A stretch of 64,000 nt of DNA from positions 178,748,001 through 178,812,000 of the forward strand of contig NC_086097.1 in the NCBI RefSeq assembly GCF_963921235.1, written 5' to 3'. Origin of the DNA: Mobula hypostoma (lineage: Eukaryota). Positions within the stretch are counted from its first letter, which is position 1. Every line of letters starts with the position of its first letter. A model generated the notes under the pieces. It was not told the origin of the DNA. It ran no database searches and saw nothing but the letters and a program-made list of their open reading frames with translations. This document shows positions 26,411-38,134 of this stretch, piece by piece. The position numbers were made by a program, and so were the translations under genes.

Positions 26411-27296
26411 GAGCTCCTCTAGACCCTCTCCTGGAACAAGTCAAATTTACTGTCATCTGCACAGATATGCTGAGGTACAGATCCAATGAAGAAGTTGCTT
26501 GCAGCATCATCTCATGCACGTAGTTAAAGACAACACACAGGGCATAAACTAGACACATGGGGGAGGTGGGGAGCGGATGGAGAAGAAGTGGTTGTGATGA
26601 TCAAGAATTATCTTTGGATTGAAAGAGACTGAGTGGAGTTTTAGTCAGAGTGTGTATCAGATTTAACGGGGCAGATCCCTACCCCTCAGCAATAATTGAG
26701 GGTTTAAGTTGGTGGAAGATTAAGTGGTGTCAATTGATTTATTGTCATGTGCACAGGTATGATGAAGTAAAGGGACAATGAAAAGCTTGCAGCAGCATCA
26801 CAGACACGTAGATTAAGACTGCACACTGAAAATAAATTATACCAGGCACTGAAGGAAAAGACTATGTAAATATAAAACTAGACATTAGTGCAAAAAACAA
26901 AGACAAAGGCAAGCCCACGGCAGTTAAAGATGAGAAAATCCACTGATCCTGGAAATCTAAGTAACACACACAAAATGCTAGAGGAACTTGAAGAGTTCTA
27001 TCCTGTTCAGTTCCTCCAACATTTTGCGTGTGTTCCATGGTTGTTAGTGCAAGAGATTCCAAGCTATTCTATTGCTGAGGTAGATTTAGGGTTGTGCAAG
27101 TCAGTTTAGGAACCTGATGGTTGCAGGGAAGTAGCTGTTCCTATTCCTGGTGTTGTTTCACTTCAGGCTTCTGTACATTGCCTCACCAGAAGAAAGAATG
27201 CAAGTAAATTTTTATGCAAACAGTAAAGCTCTGGACGATTTATTTATAGAATGCAATAGTTAAGAAGTTGCCTCCAACTTCTGTTGAGTCTTGGAC

Positions 27297-27795
27297 AGAC
27301 CACACTGGCAACCCCATACACAATTCCAGCCTCCGTATCCCATGATTCAACCACACTGAGAACACTGTACACAGTTCAAGTCTCTATAACCCTGGGCTAG
27401 ACCGCATTTGGAGCACTGTGCAGTTCCAGTCTCTGTAGCACATGGTTAGACCACATTGGGAGTACCGTGTGCAGTTCCAGTCTCCGTATTACTGGATGAG
27501 AATACACTGGGAGCATTGTACATGGTTCAGATCTCCATGTCCCATAGTCAGATCACACTGGGAACACATGCATACCTCCAGTCTCCGTTTACTACAGTCA
27601 GACCACAGTGGAAACACCGCACACAGTTTTGCTCTCCAAATTCCTCGCATAGATCGTACACCATACACAGTTACAGTCTCCTCATTCCTGAGTCAGACCT
27701 CACTTGGAAAACCATGCACAGTTCTGATCTCCATACCCCGTGGTTAGACTACACTCAGAATACTCTGCAGTATACAGGTTTCTGTCTGCCATGGT
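27297..27795 (+). repeat. Diverged ~51-bp tandem repeat (~10 copies) resembling a CR1 ORF2 segment
   Basis: Unit like AGACCACATTGGGAGTACCGTGTGCAGTTCCAGTCTCCGTATTACTGGATG, translating to VRPHWEYRVQFQSP (compare CR1 VRPHLEYCVQFWSP). Confidence 0.75.
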
Positions 27796-28199
27796 CCAAG
27801 CACTGTAATTTGAAAGGAGATTGCAGGTCAGGTGCTCAGCATATGTGAGCTTTTGATGGATTGGGCATTATTGAATGAGAGGTACTTACTGTTTGTATCA
27901 ACTATGAAAAAGCAGTATCTAGTTCTGAAACTGACTGTAGGTTCCTCTGAAGTTTCAAGAATAGAGAACAGTCTGGGGTGCAAATACCTGTAACATGTTT
28001 GATCAATGGAGGACTTGTCCAGACCGTATCCACCCTTGTGGAAGGAAAAAACAGATGCCATCACAGCCTGACCATCACTGATAAATGTGGAGTTTACTCC
28101 CACAGGGTGAAGTGGGAACGTGGAGAGGTGGGAATGTGGAGCTTAGTCCCACAGGGAGAGATGGGAATGTGGGGCTCACTCCCACAGAAAGACAAATTA

Positions 28200-28985
28200 T
28201 AGAAATTGAGAAACACAGAAATATACTGTAGAATAGTACAGTATAGTATAGGTCCTTTGGCCCATGATGTGCTAACCTTTAACCTACTTCAAGATCAATC
28301 TAATGCTTCCCTCCCCCATAGCCCCTTCATTTTATTTTCACCCATGTGCCTATCCATGAGAAGTTTAAATCTCCCTAACATCAGGAGTAAGTTTTTTATG
28401 CAAGAGAGTGGTGAGTACATGGAATGGGCTGCCGGCGGTGGTGGTGGAGTGGATACAATCGGGTCTTTTAAGAGACTCCTGGATAGGTACATGGAGCTTA
28501 GAAAAATAGAGGGCTATGGGTAACCCGAGGTAATTTCTAAAGTAAGGACATGTTCGGCGAAGCATTGTGGGCCAAAGGGCCTGTATTGTGCTGTAGTTTT
28601 TCTATGTATCTTCCTCTACCACCTCCTCAGGACTCTATGCCTCTACTAACCACAAGTACGCAGTGCGTTCCACGCTGTCACCCTTCTGTGTAATGAAATA
28701 CTACCTCTCAGACATCCCCCAGTACTTTCCTCCAATCACCTTCAAATTATACTCTCTTGTATTAGCCATTTCTACCTTGGGGAGAAAGGCACTGGTGTCC
28801 AATCTATCAATGCCTCTTCTCATCTTATCCACCACTTAGCCAATCACCACTTATCCTTCTTCACTCTAAAGAGACGAGGCCTGTGCATGTAAGCCATGCT
28901 CTCTAATCCAGGCAGCATCCTGGCAAATCTCCTCTGCACTCTCTCAAAAGCTTCTACATAAAGGTGACCAGAACGGAACACAATG
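28200..28985. mobile_element. Antisense CR1 3' fragment with a nested sense CR1 3' end (~28380-28605)
   Basis: The inner copy (DTIGSFKRLLDRYMELRKIEGYG) is near-identical in reverse to 42250-42480. Confidence 0.7.
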
Positions 28986-30711
28986 TATCATTATTATGTA
29001 TATTCAAGAGAGAATTAGGCACTGTTCTTCAGTCTGGAAGACTGCGAAGGAAGCTGGAACAGGGGAATTGGGATTAGCATTGAATTGGTTTATTGTTATC
29101 ACATGTACCAAAATAGAGTGAAAAGTTTGTCTTGCATACTGTTCATATAAATCAAATCATTACACATAATAAGGTAGATTGTGAGGTCAAGAGTCCATCT
29201 TATCGTACCAATCAACCATTCAGTCATCGTATTACTGCTGGAGAGAAGCTGTCCTTGAGCCTGGCTGTAAATGCCATCAGGCTTTTATATCTTCTGCCTG
29301 AAAATGTCCAGAGTGAGTTGGGGGGCGGGCAGGGTTTGACTATACTGGTTGCTTTACTGAGGCACCAAGAAGGGCATGCAGAGTCCATGAAGGGGAGACT
29401 GGTTTCCGTGAAATGCTCAGCTATGTCCACAGCTCTCTGCAGTTTCTTGCAATTATGGCCTTCCCAAGCTGTGATATATCCGGAAAGGGTGCTCCCTGTG
29501 GTGCGTCAATAGACATTGGGGTGGGTCAAAGGAGACATACCAAATATCTTTAGCCTCTTGAGTGGCTTGTGTTTCCATTATTTTTGTTTGGCAAAAAAAA
29601 TTTAATGCACATCTCCAAACGCTGAAAGCCATTGCTGCCTTGTTATACACAATACCTGCAGTGGCACTACATGAACAGTCTACTCAGTGGAAATCTGTTG
29701 CTCCACTTGATGTGGAAATCTGATTTGCTGCAGTTGTGCAATTGCTTGCCAAACCGGGATTAGGACATAAGGATGTGTGATGCTGGAGCTTTATCAGCAT
29801 TGTTGTAATTAGATCACTTAGAAGAATACCTTTCAGGAGATGAGGAGATAATGGAGGTTGAGTCAAAGAAATCTTTAAAAGACATTTACAGACATTTGGA
29901 TAGGCAAGAGACAAACACATTATCCCCGTATCTCTTTAAACCTTTCCTATCGTGTACTGGAGCCATCCAAATGAGTTTTAAACACTGATTATACCCACCA
30001 CTATCACTTCCTCTGGCAGCTTACTCCATAGACCCTTGCCTCTCAAATCCTCTTTCCTCTTTCTTTCCCCTCTCACCTTAAATCTACACGATTCTACAGT
30101 ATATATAAACTAGGATGCCTAAGACTTTTGCATACTGTCATAGTAATTTTATGTATTGCACTGTACTGCTACCACAAAATAAAACAAACTTCACGGTATA
30201 TGCAAGTGATGATAAACCGGATTCTGATACGTGTTTCTATTATGGACTGAGAGTGGGAAGGCGAATCATGGCTGAAAAAAGGGGAAGGAGGGACATTCTG
30301 CAATGATCAGTGAACCGACTGTTTGTGATCAGTTGACCTTGCCTGGTGTCTCAGGGCTGGGTGTGTCTGCACCCACACCACCCTCCACCCCGGCACTCCT
30401 CCTGTGCCACCGGTCGCATACTCCTTCTGCGGCGCTCCACCCTCACTAACCTTTGCTCCCGCCAGATTTACAAACTTGCTCTCTGCTCCACGTTAACAAA
30501 TACAAGACTGCATTATCAGGCCCCCTAACTGTGACTATATGTGTCCAAGACTTCTGCGCAGTACCGTGTGCCCTCTGGTTTTAGACTCCCCAGCTTAAAA
30601 CCTCACCGTATCGATGCCCCTCACGGTTTCATAAACCCCTAAAAGTTCACCCGTCAGCCTCCTATACTCTAGGAGATAAATAAAAGAGCAATCTATCCAG
30701 CCTCTCCTTAT

Positions 30712-31207
30712 ATTCGAAGAAGGAGTCTGAGAGTCTGAGTGGGAGTGCCGAGAAAGAGATTTTTGAAATTTTCGTTATTTTTTTTTCTCCAACGGCTTTC
30801 TGAGAGGCGGGACTGCGCAGGCGTGTGACGTCGGGCAGTGCAGCGCGGCAGATTTAAAAGGGCAGACATCCTGCTTCGGATTTGATTCGAAGAAGGAGTC
30901 TGAGAGTCTGAGTGGGAGTGCCGAGAAAGAGATTTTTGAAATTTTCGTTATTTTTTTTTCTCCAACGGCTTTCTGAGAGGCGGGACTGCGCAGGCGTGTG
31001 ACGTCGGGCAGTGCAGCGCGGCAGATTTAAAAGGGCAGACATCCTGCTTCGGATTTGATTCGAAGAAGGAGTCTGAGAGTCTGAGTGGGAGTGCCGAGAA
31101 AGAGATTTTTGAAATTTTCGTTATTTTTTTTTCTCCAACGGCTTTCTGAGAGGCGGGACTGCGCAGGCGTGTGACGTCGGGCAGTGCAGCGCGGCAGATT
31201 TAAAAGG
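30712..31207 (+). repeat. Tandem 173-bp 5' UTR monomers of the CR1 element (2 full copies plus 1 partial)
   Basis: ATTCGAAGAAGGAGTCTGAG starts at 30712, 30885 and 31058 (period 173). Copies look identical, including a 9-T run. The third copy diverges after GATTTAAAAGG. Confidence 0.95.
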
Positions 31208-31369
31208 AACAAAGCCTCATAGAGCGGGCAGCGTAGTTTGCGGGCTGCAGAGTGAGCCGGGAGCAGAGTGAAGACTTAAGGGCTTCGGCTCAACGGGCTT
31301 AGGCGGAAGCGGGCGAGGCGAGGAAGGTTTGACATTCATTTTCTGTTGCTATTTGAGGAGAGGGGCATT

Positions 31370-32305
31370 ATGACTGTGAGGGCAGTTTGCTGTTCTCGGT
31401 GTCGGATGTGGGAGGCCCTGGAGTCTCCAAGCCTCCCGGACGTCTACATCTGCGCCAAGTGCATCGAGATGCAGCTCCTAAGGGACCGCGTTACGGAACT
31501 GGAGCTGCAGCTCGATGACCTTCGTCTGGTCAGGGAGAGCGAGGAGGTGATAGAGAGGAGTGGAAGGCAGGTGGTCACGCCGGGGCCACGGGAGGCAGAC
31601 AAGTGGGTCACGGTTAGGAGAGGGAAGGGGAAAAGGCAGGTGATGAGGAGTACCCCGGCGGCTGTGCCCCTTAACAACAGGTACTCCTGTTTGAGTACTG
31701 TTGGGGGGGACAGCTTACCCGGGGGAAGCGACAGTGGCCCTGCCTCCGGCACAGAGTCTGGCCCTGTAGCTCAGAAGGGTAGGGCAAGGAAGAGGAGGGC
31801 AGTTGTGATAGGGGACTCGATAGTAAGGGGGTCAGATAGGCGATTCTGTGGACGCAGTCCAGAGACTCGGATGGTAGTTTGCCTCCCTGGTGCCAGGGTC
31901 CGGGATATTTCTGATCGTGTCCAAGATATCCTGAAGTGGGAGGGTGAAGAGCCAGAGGTCCTGGTACATATAGGTACCAATGACATAGGTAGGAAAAGGG
32001 ATGAGGTCCTGAAAGAAGAATATAAGGAGCTAGGAAGGGAGTTGAGAAAAAGGACCGCAAAGGTAGTAATCTCGGGATTACTGCCTGTGCCACGCGACAG
32101 TGAGAGTAGGAATGCGATGAGGTGGAGGATAAATGCGTGGCTGAGGGATTGGAGCAGGGGGCAGGGATTCAAGTTTTTGGATCATTGGGACCTCTTTTGG
32201 CGTAGGTGTGACCTGTACAAAAAGGACGGGTTACACTTAAATCCTAGGGGGACCAATATCCTGGCAGGGAGATTAGCGGGGGCTACTGAGGTGACTTTAA
32301 ACTAG
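31370..32305 (+). CDS. CR1 ORF1p: N-terminal CxxC...CxxC zinc finger, coiled coil, basic motif, SGNH/GDSL esterase domain (311 aa)
   Basis: ATG at 31370. Motifs: CSRC...CAKC, heptad LLRDRVTELELQLDDL, KGRARKRR, and esterase blocks VIGDS, PGA, HIGTND, DGLHLN, with catalytic Ser/Asp/His present. Confidence 0.9.
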   Translation: MTVRAVCCSRCRMWEALESPSLPDVYICAKCIEMQLLRDRVTELELQLDDLRLVRESEEVIERSGRQVVTPGPREADKWVTVRRGKGKRQVMRSTPAAVPLNNRYSCLSTVGGDSLPGGSDSGPASGTESGPVAQKGRARKRRAVVIGDSIVRGSDRRFCGRSPETRMVVCLPGARVRDISDRVQDILKWEGEEPEVLVHIGTNDIGRKRDEVLKEEYKELGRELRKRTAKVVISGLLPVPRDSESRNAMRWRINAWLRDWSRGQGFKFLDHWDLFWRRCDLYKKDGLHLNPRGTNILAGRLAGATEVTLN

Positions 32306-35300
32306 AATGGTTGGGGGGTGGGAATCAAATTAAAGCGGCTAGGTGTGAGGAGGTTAGTTCACAACAGAGGGATGGGAACCAGTGCAGAGAGACAGAGGAG
32401 TGTAAAGTGAGCGTAGAAGCAAAAAGTACAAAGGGGAAAAGTAAAAGTGGCAGGCCGACAAATCCAGGGCAAGCATTAAAAAGGGCTAAGAGAGTTGTAA
32501 AAGAGCGCCTGAAGGCTTTATGTGTCAATGCAAGGAGCATTCGTAATAAGGTGGATGAATTGAAAGTGCAGATTGTTATTAATGATTATGATATAGTTGG
32601 GATCACAGAGACATGGCTCCAGGGTGACCAGGGATGGGAGCTCAACGTTCAGGGATATTCAATATTCAGGAGGGATAGACACGAAGGAAGGGGAGGTGGG
32701 GTGGCGTTGCTGGTTAAAAAAGAGATTAACGCAATAGAAAGGAAGGACATAAGCCGGGAAGATGTGGAATCGATATGGGTAGAGCTGCGTAACACTAAGG
32801 GGCAGAAGACGCTGCTGGGAGTTGTGTACAGGCCACCTAACAGTAGTAGTGAGGTCGGAGATGGTATTAAACAGGAAATTAGAAATGTGTGCAATAAAGG
32901 AACAGCAGTTATAATGGGTGACTTCAATCTACATGTAGACTGGGTGAACCAAATTGGTAAAGGTGCTGAGGAAGAGGATTTCTTGGAATGTATGCGGGAT
33001 GGTTTTTTGAACCAACATGTCGAGGAACCGACTAGAGAGCAGGCTATTCTGGACTGGGTTTTGAGCAATGAGGAAGGGTTAATTAGCGATCTTGTCGTGA
33101 GAGGCCCCTTGGGTAAGAGTGACCATAATATGGTGGAATTCTTCATTAACATGGAGAGTGACGTAGTTAATTCAGAAACAAAGGTTCTGAACTTAAAGAG
33201 GGGTAACTTTGAAGGTATGAGACATGAATTAGCTAAGATAGACTGGCAAATGACACTTCAAGGATTGACGGTGGATATGCAATGGCAGGCATTTAAAGGT
33301 TGCATGGATGAACTACAACAATTGTTCATCCCAGTTTGGCAAAAGAATAAATCAAGGAAGGTAGTGCACCCGTGGCTGACAAGAGAAATTAGGGATAGTA
33401 TCAATTCCAAAGAAGTAGCATACAAATTAGCCAGAGAAAGTGGCTCACCTGAGGACTGGGAGAAATTCAGAGTTCAGCAGAGGAGGACAAAGGGCTTAAT
33501 TAGGAAGGGGAAAAAAGATTATGAGAGAAAACTGGCAGAGAACATAAAAACGGACTGTAAAAGCTTTTATAGATATGTAAAAAGGAAAAGACTGATAAAG
33601 ACAAATGTGGTCCCCTGCAAACAGAAACAGGTGAATTGATTATGGGGAGCAAGGACATGGCAGACCAATTGAATAATTACTTTGGTTCTGTCTTCACTAA
33701 GGAGGACATAAATAATCTTCCAGAAATAGTAAGGGACAGAGGGTCCAGTGAGATGGAGGAACTGAGCGAAATACATGTTAGTAGGGAAGTGGTGTTAGGT
33801 AAATTGAAGGGATTGAAGGCAGATAAATCCCCAGGGCCAGATGGTCTGCATCCCAGAGTGCTTAAGGAAGTGGCCCAAGAAATAGTGGATGCATTAGTGA
33901 TAATTTTTCAAAACTCGTTAGATTCTGGACTAGTTCCTGAGGATTGGAGGGTGGCTAATGTAACCCCACTTTTTAAAAAAGGAGGGAGAGAGAAACCGGG
34001 GAATTATAGGCCGGTTAGCCTAACGTCGGTGGTGGGGAAACTGCTGGAGTCAGTTATCAAGGATGTGATAACAGCACATTTGGAAAGCGGTGAAATGATC
34101 GGACAAAGTCAGCATGGATTTGTGAAAGGAAAATCATGTCTGACGAATCTCATAGAATTTTTTGAGGATGTAACTAGTAGAGTGGATAGGGGAGAACCAG
34201 TGGATGTGGTATATTTGGATTTTCAAAAGGCTTTTGACAAGGTCCCACACAGGAGATTAGTGTGCAAACTTAAAGCACATGGTATTGGGGGTAAGGTATT
34301 GGTGTGGGTGGAGAATTGGTTAGCAGACAGGAAGCAAAGAGTGGGAATAAACGGGACCTTTTCAGAATGGCAGGCGGTGACTAGTGGGGTACCGCAAGGC
34401 TCAGTGCTGGGACCCCAGTTGTTTACAATATATATTAATGACTTGGATGAGGGAATTAAATGCAGCATCTCCAAGTTTGCGGATGACACGAAGCTGGGTG
34501 GCAGTGTTAGCAGTGAGGAGGATGCTAAGAGGATGCAGGGTGACTTGGATAGGTTGGGTGAGTGGGCAAACTCATGGCAGATGCAATTTAATGTGGATAA
34601 ATGTGAAGTTATCCACTTTGGTGGCAAAAATAGGAAAACAGATTATTATCTGAATGGTGGCCGATTAGGAAAAGGGGAGGTGCAACGAGACCTGGGTGTC
34701 ATTATACACCAGTCATTGAAAGTGGGCATGCAGGTACAGCAGGCGGTGAAAAAGGCGAACGGTATGCTGGCATTTATAGCGAGAGGATTCGAGTACAGGA
34801 GCAGGGAGGTACTACTGCAGTTGTACAAGGCCTTGGTGAGACCACACCTGGAGTATTGTGTGCAGTTTTGGTCCCCTAATCTGAGGAAAGACATCCTTGC
34901 CATAGAGGGAGTACAAAGAAGGTTCACCAGATTGATTCCTGGGATGGCAGGTCTTTCATATGAAGAAAGACTGGATGAACTGGGCTTGTACTCGTTGGAA
35001 TTTAGAAGATTGAGGGGGGATCTGATTGAAACGTATAAGATCCTAAAGGGATTGGACAGGCTAGATGCGGGAAGATTGTTCCCGATGTTGGGGAGGTCTA
35101 GAACGAGGGGTCACAGTTTGAGGATAGAGGGGAAGCCTTTTAGGACCGAGGTTAGGAAAAACTTCTTCACACAGAGAGTGGTGAATCTGTGGAATTCTCT
35201 GCCACAGCAAACTGTTGAGGCCAGTTCATTAGCTATGTTTAAAAGGAAGTTAGATATGGCCCTTGTGGCTACAGGGGTCACGGGGTATGGAGGGAAGGCT

Positions 35301-35309
35301 GGGTTCTGA
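32290..35309 (+). CDS. CR1 ORF2p: APE endonuclease plus reverse transcriptase, broken by one apparent 1-bp deletion at ~33610
   Basis: APE motifs VNARS, GITETWL, GGGVA, VYRPP, GDFN, SDH. RT motifs SPGPDG, NYRPVSLTS, QHGF, LDFQKAFD, GVPQGSVLGP, FADD. Adding one G to AATGTGGTCCCC restores TNVGPLQTETGELIMG. The frame is open from 32290 (TGA at 32287). Confidence 0.9.
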
Positions 35310-36986
35310 GTTGGATGATCAGCCATGATCATAATAAATGGCGGTGCAGGCTCGAAGGGCCGAATGGCCTACTCCTGCACCTATTTTCTATGTTTCTATG
35401 TTTCTATAACTCAAGCCCTCCAGTCACAGTAGCGTTTTCATGAATCTTTTCTGTACTCACTCCAGCTGAATGACAACCTTCCTCTAGCTGGTTGACCAGA
35501 ACTGTGCATAATACTCTGAGTATGGTCTCACCAATGTCCTGTACAGTGTAAATAACTACATGCCTTTCTTTAACAGTCAGGGTTATTTTGAAGGTAAAAC
35601 CAAGGGCACATGTGCATTTCCAAGGCATATTTAACATCCCTTTCAGCACGCCCCAAGGCGCTCCCTCTTCACCTCTGAAGTATTTTCAAAGGGCCATTCG
35701 CTGTTGTAAAGCAAGAACCACAATGGTCGCTGAGGGAGGATGTGAAGGAGCAGGGAACCAGCGGAGCGGGAGAGTTGATACTTTATATTAATTTTCAGAT
35801 TTTCCCTGTCAAGTGACATTCATTGGGAATTAAAATTTATCAGCTTGAGAGCTACAAGCTGTCTTTGTGTAATTTAGGAATATATAGGCCTTAGAAGGAG
35901 CACAGCTTGCTTGCAGGACCCTATAGGATTGTGAGGAGGGTTCTCCGGAACACTGAGGTATTTTTGGATATTGGATAGAATTGATGTTGTAAGGTGAATA
36001 TATTCAGTCTTTTTCTCAGGGCTGCTAAATCAAGAACTAGAGGGCATAGGTTTAAGGTGTGAGGGGAAAGATCTCATACAAAGGGTGGTATCTGTGTGGA
36101 ATGAGTTGCCAGAGGAAGCGGTTTCGGCAGGTACAATAACAACTTTTAAAAAGACGCTTGGACAGGTACATGGGACAGTTATGGACTTGCTTGGGTGCAG
36201 CATCTGGGTCGGCATGGACCAGTTGGGCTGTAGAGCCTATTTCCGTGCTGTGTGACTCCATGATGGAGGCAGGGGCCTCTCAGATAAAGGATTAAAACAG
36301 GCAGGCCTTTCAGCGTGTAATTATTCCACAACTGTGTAAGAGGCCATTCGGTCCGTCACATCTGTGCACACAGGGCAATCCCACCAAGGCTGTTTCACTG
36401 AGATCTGTCCTTCCTGACCATTCCGCCAACTACCAGCTGCTTGCCATCCTCCTACGCTCTTGGGGTAATTTATAGTGGTCAGTTAACCCAGCAACCCACA
36501 CATCCGCAGCGCCTGGGGGAGTTCTGCCCATTCCCAAACCCTAGTCGTTCCTGTTTCTGCTGCACAGCTTATGTTCTGATGGGCAGACTGAGCCACAGGG
36601 CTGTGTAATGGGGAAAAATGTTAGAGGGAGATATACTCTCCAGACATTAGTTAATGTTTAATTTATGTTTTTAGTGGAATGCTGCTTACATGATGCTCTG
36701 TGCTTGTGATGCTGCTGCTAGTGAGTTTTCCATTGCATCTTGTGCACACATGTACACGTGCAAGCGGCAATAAACTCAACTTCGACGTGTTTCCAGAAAA
36801 ATCTGCTTCAGCCCATCAAGTTTATCACAGTCAGAATCTGGTTTCATATCTCTGGCACATGTTGTGCAATTTGCTCTTTTTCAGCAGCAGTACATTGTAA
36901 TACATAATAAAAGCTATAAATTACAATAAGTACTCTCTGTGTGTGTATATATACACACACACACACACACAAAATTAAATTAGTGC

Positions 36987-37296
36987 TGTGTTGGTGCGTG
37001 GCCAAGTGGTTAAGGTGTTCATCTACTGACTTGAAGGTCGCTAGTTTGAGCCTTGGCTGAGGCAGCGTGTTGTGTCCTTGAGCAAGGCACCTAACCACAC
37101 TTTGCTCTGCGACGACACTGGTGCCAAGTTATATGGGTCCTAATGCCCTTCCCTTGGACAGCATTGGTGGTGTGAAGAGGGGAGACTTGCAGCATGGACA
37201 ACTGCCAGTCTTCCATACAACCTTGCCCAGGCCTGCGCCCTGGAAACCTTGTAAGGTGCAAATCCATGGTCTCACGAGACTAACGGATGCCTATAA
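36987..37296 (+). mobile_element. tRNA-derived SINE with 10-bp TSD, inserted in a Rex1-like 3' tail
   Basis: A box TGGCCAAGTGG, B-box-like GTTTGAGCC, central TGTGTCCTTGAGCAAGGCAC. AAATTAGTGC at 36977-36986 and 37297-37306. Confidence 0.8.
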
Positions 37297-37884
37297 AAAT
37301 TAGTGCAAAGAGTAAGGGAAAAAAAGTACTGATGAAGTGTTCATGAGTTCATTGTCCATTCAGAGATCTGATGGCAGAGAGGAAAACTGTTCCTGAAATG
37401 TTGTGTGTGTGCATTCGGGCTCCTGTACCTCCTCTTTGATGGTAGCAGTCAGAAGCAGGCATGTCCTGGGTGATGGGCTTCTTAATGATGGCTGCTACTT
37501 TTCTGACCGCAGGATGGCTCAGCGTGAAATCTGTTTCAAATAGAGGTTGCTAAGATCTTGAGGAGTAAGAATTTCCAAGCTTTTGGAGATAAGGCAGGAG
37601 AATAGGGTTGTGAGGAAAAACTTAATCAGCCATGGTGAAAAAATGGAAGGCTATGTGGAGGGAAGTGTTAGATTGAACTTGGAGTAAGTTCAAGATCAGA
37701 ACAATATTGTGAACCAAAGGGCCTCTACAAACTGTGCTGTTCTATGTTCTATGAATTGTTGCACAGACTCGATGGGCAGAATGGCCTAATTCTGCCCCTG
37801 CATATTATGGTCTTTAGGTCTTATTGGTCTCTAAAAACAAGGAATTTTTTCACTCAACGTTGGAACATGAGACAAAAATAAACC

Positions 37885-38085
37885 AATTCCATACAAATCC
37901 CACATTCCCATCAACTCACCCAGACTATCCCCACATTCCCATCTTCACCCAGACAAATCCCACATTCTCATCTTCACCCAGACTATTCCCACATTTCCAT
38001 CTTCACACAGACAAATCCCACATTCCCATCAACTCTCCCAGACTATTCCCCACATTCCCATCTTCACCCAGACTATCCCCACATT
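37885..38085. repeat. ~29-30-bp C-rich minisatellite
   Basis: Repeated CCCACATTCCCATCTTCACCCAGACTAT. Confidence 0.85.
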
Positions 38086-38134
38086 GAGGGTTAGTGGCTG
38101 GAGGTCTGAATGGAGGCAAAGTGTAATCAACTAT

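Larger units (their letters stand above)
30712..35408 (+). mobile_element. Young, apparently full-length CR1-clade LINE retrotransposon
   Basis: 5' tandem monomers, intact ORF1, ORF2 with a single frameshift, 3' UTR stem-loop and (TTTCTATG)n tail at 35385-35408. It interrupts an older antisense CR1 fragment that rejoins as CAGCCTCTCCTTATA|ACTCAAGCCCTCCAG, with TATA shared at both junctions. Confidence 0.95.

Noticed and set aside
30712..31207. CRISPR-like array
   Set aside because: Head-to-tail 173-bp units with no unique spacers, in eukaryotic context.
33595..33640. Programmed frameshift between the APE and RT halves of ORF2
   Set aside because: No slippery heptamer is present, CR1 ORF2 is normally one continuous frame, and a single-base deletion explains the break.
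36990..37070. tRNA gene
   Set aside because: Degenerate tRNA-like head continuous with a SINE body and TSD; no convincing cloverleaf.
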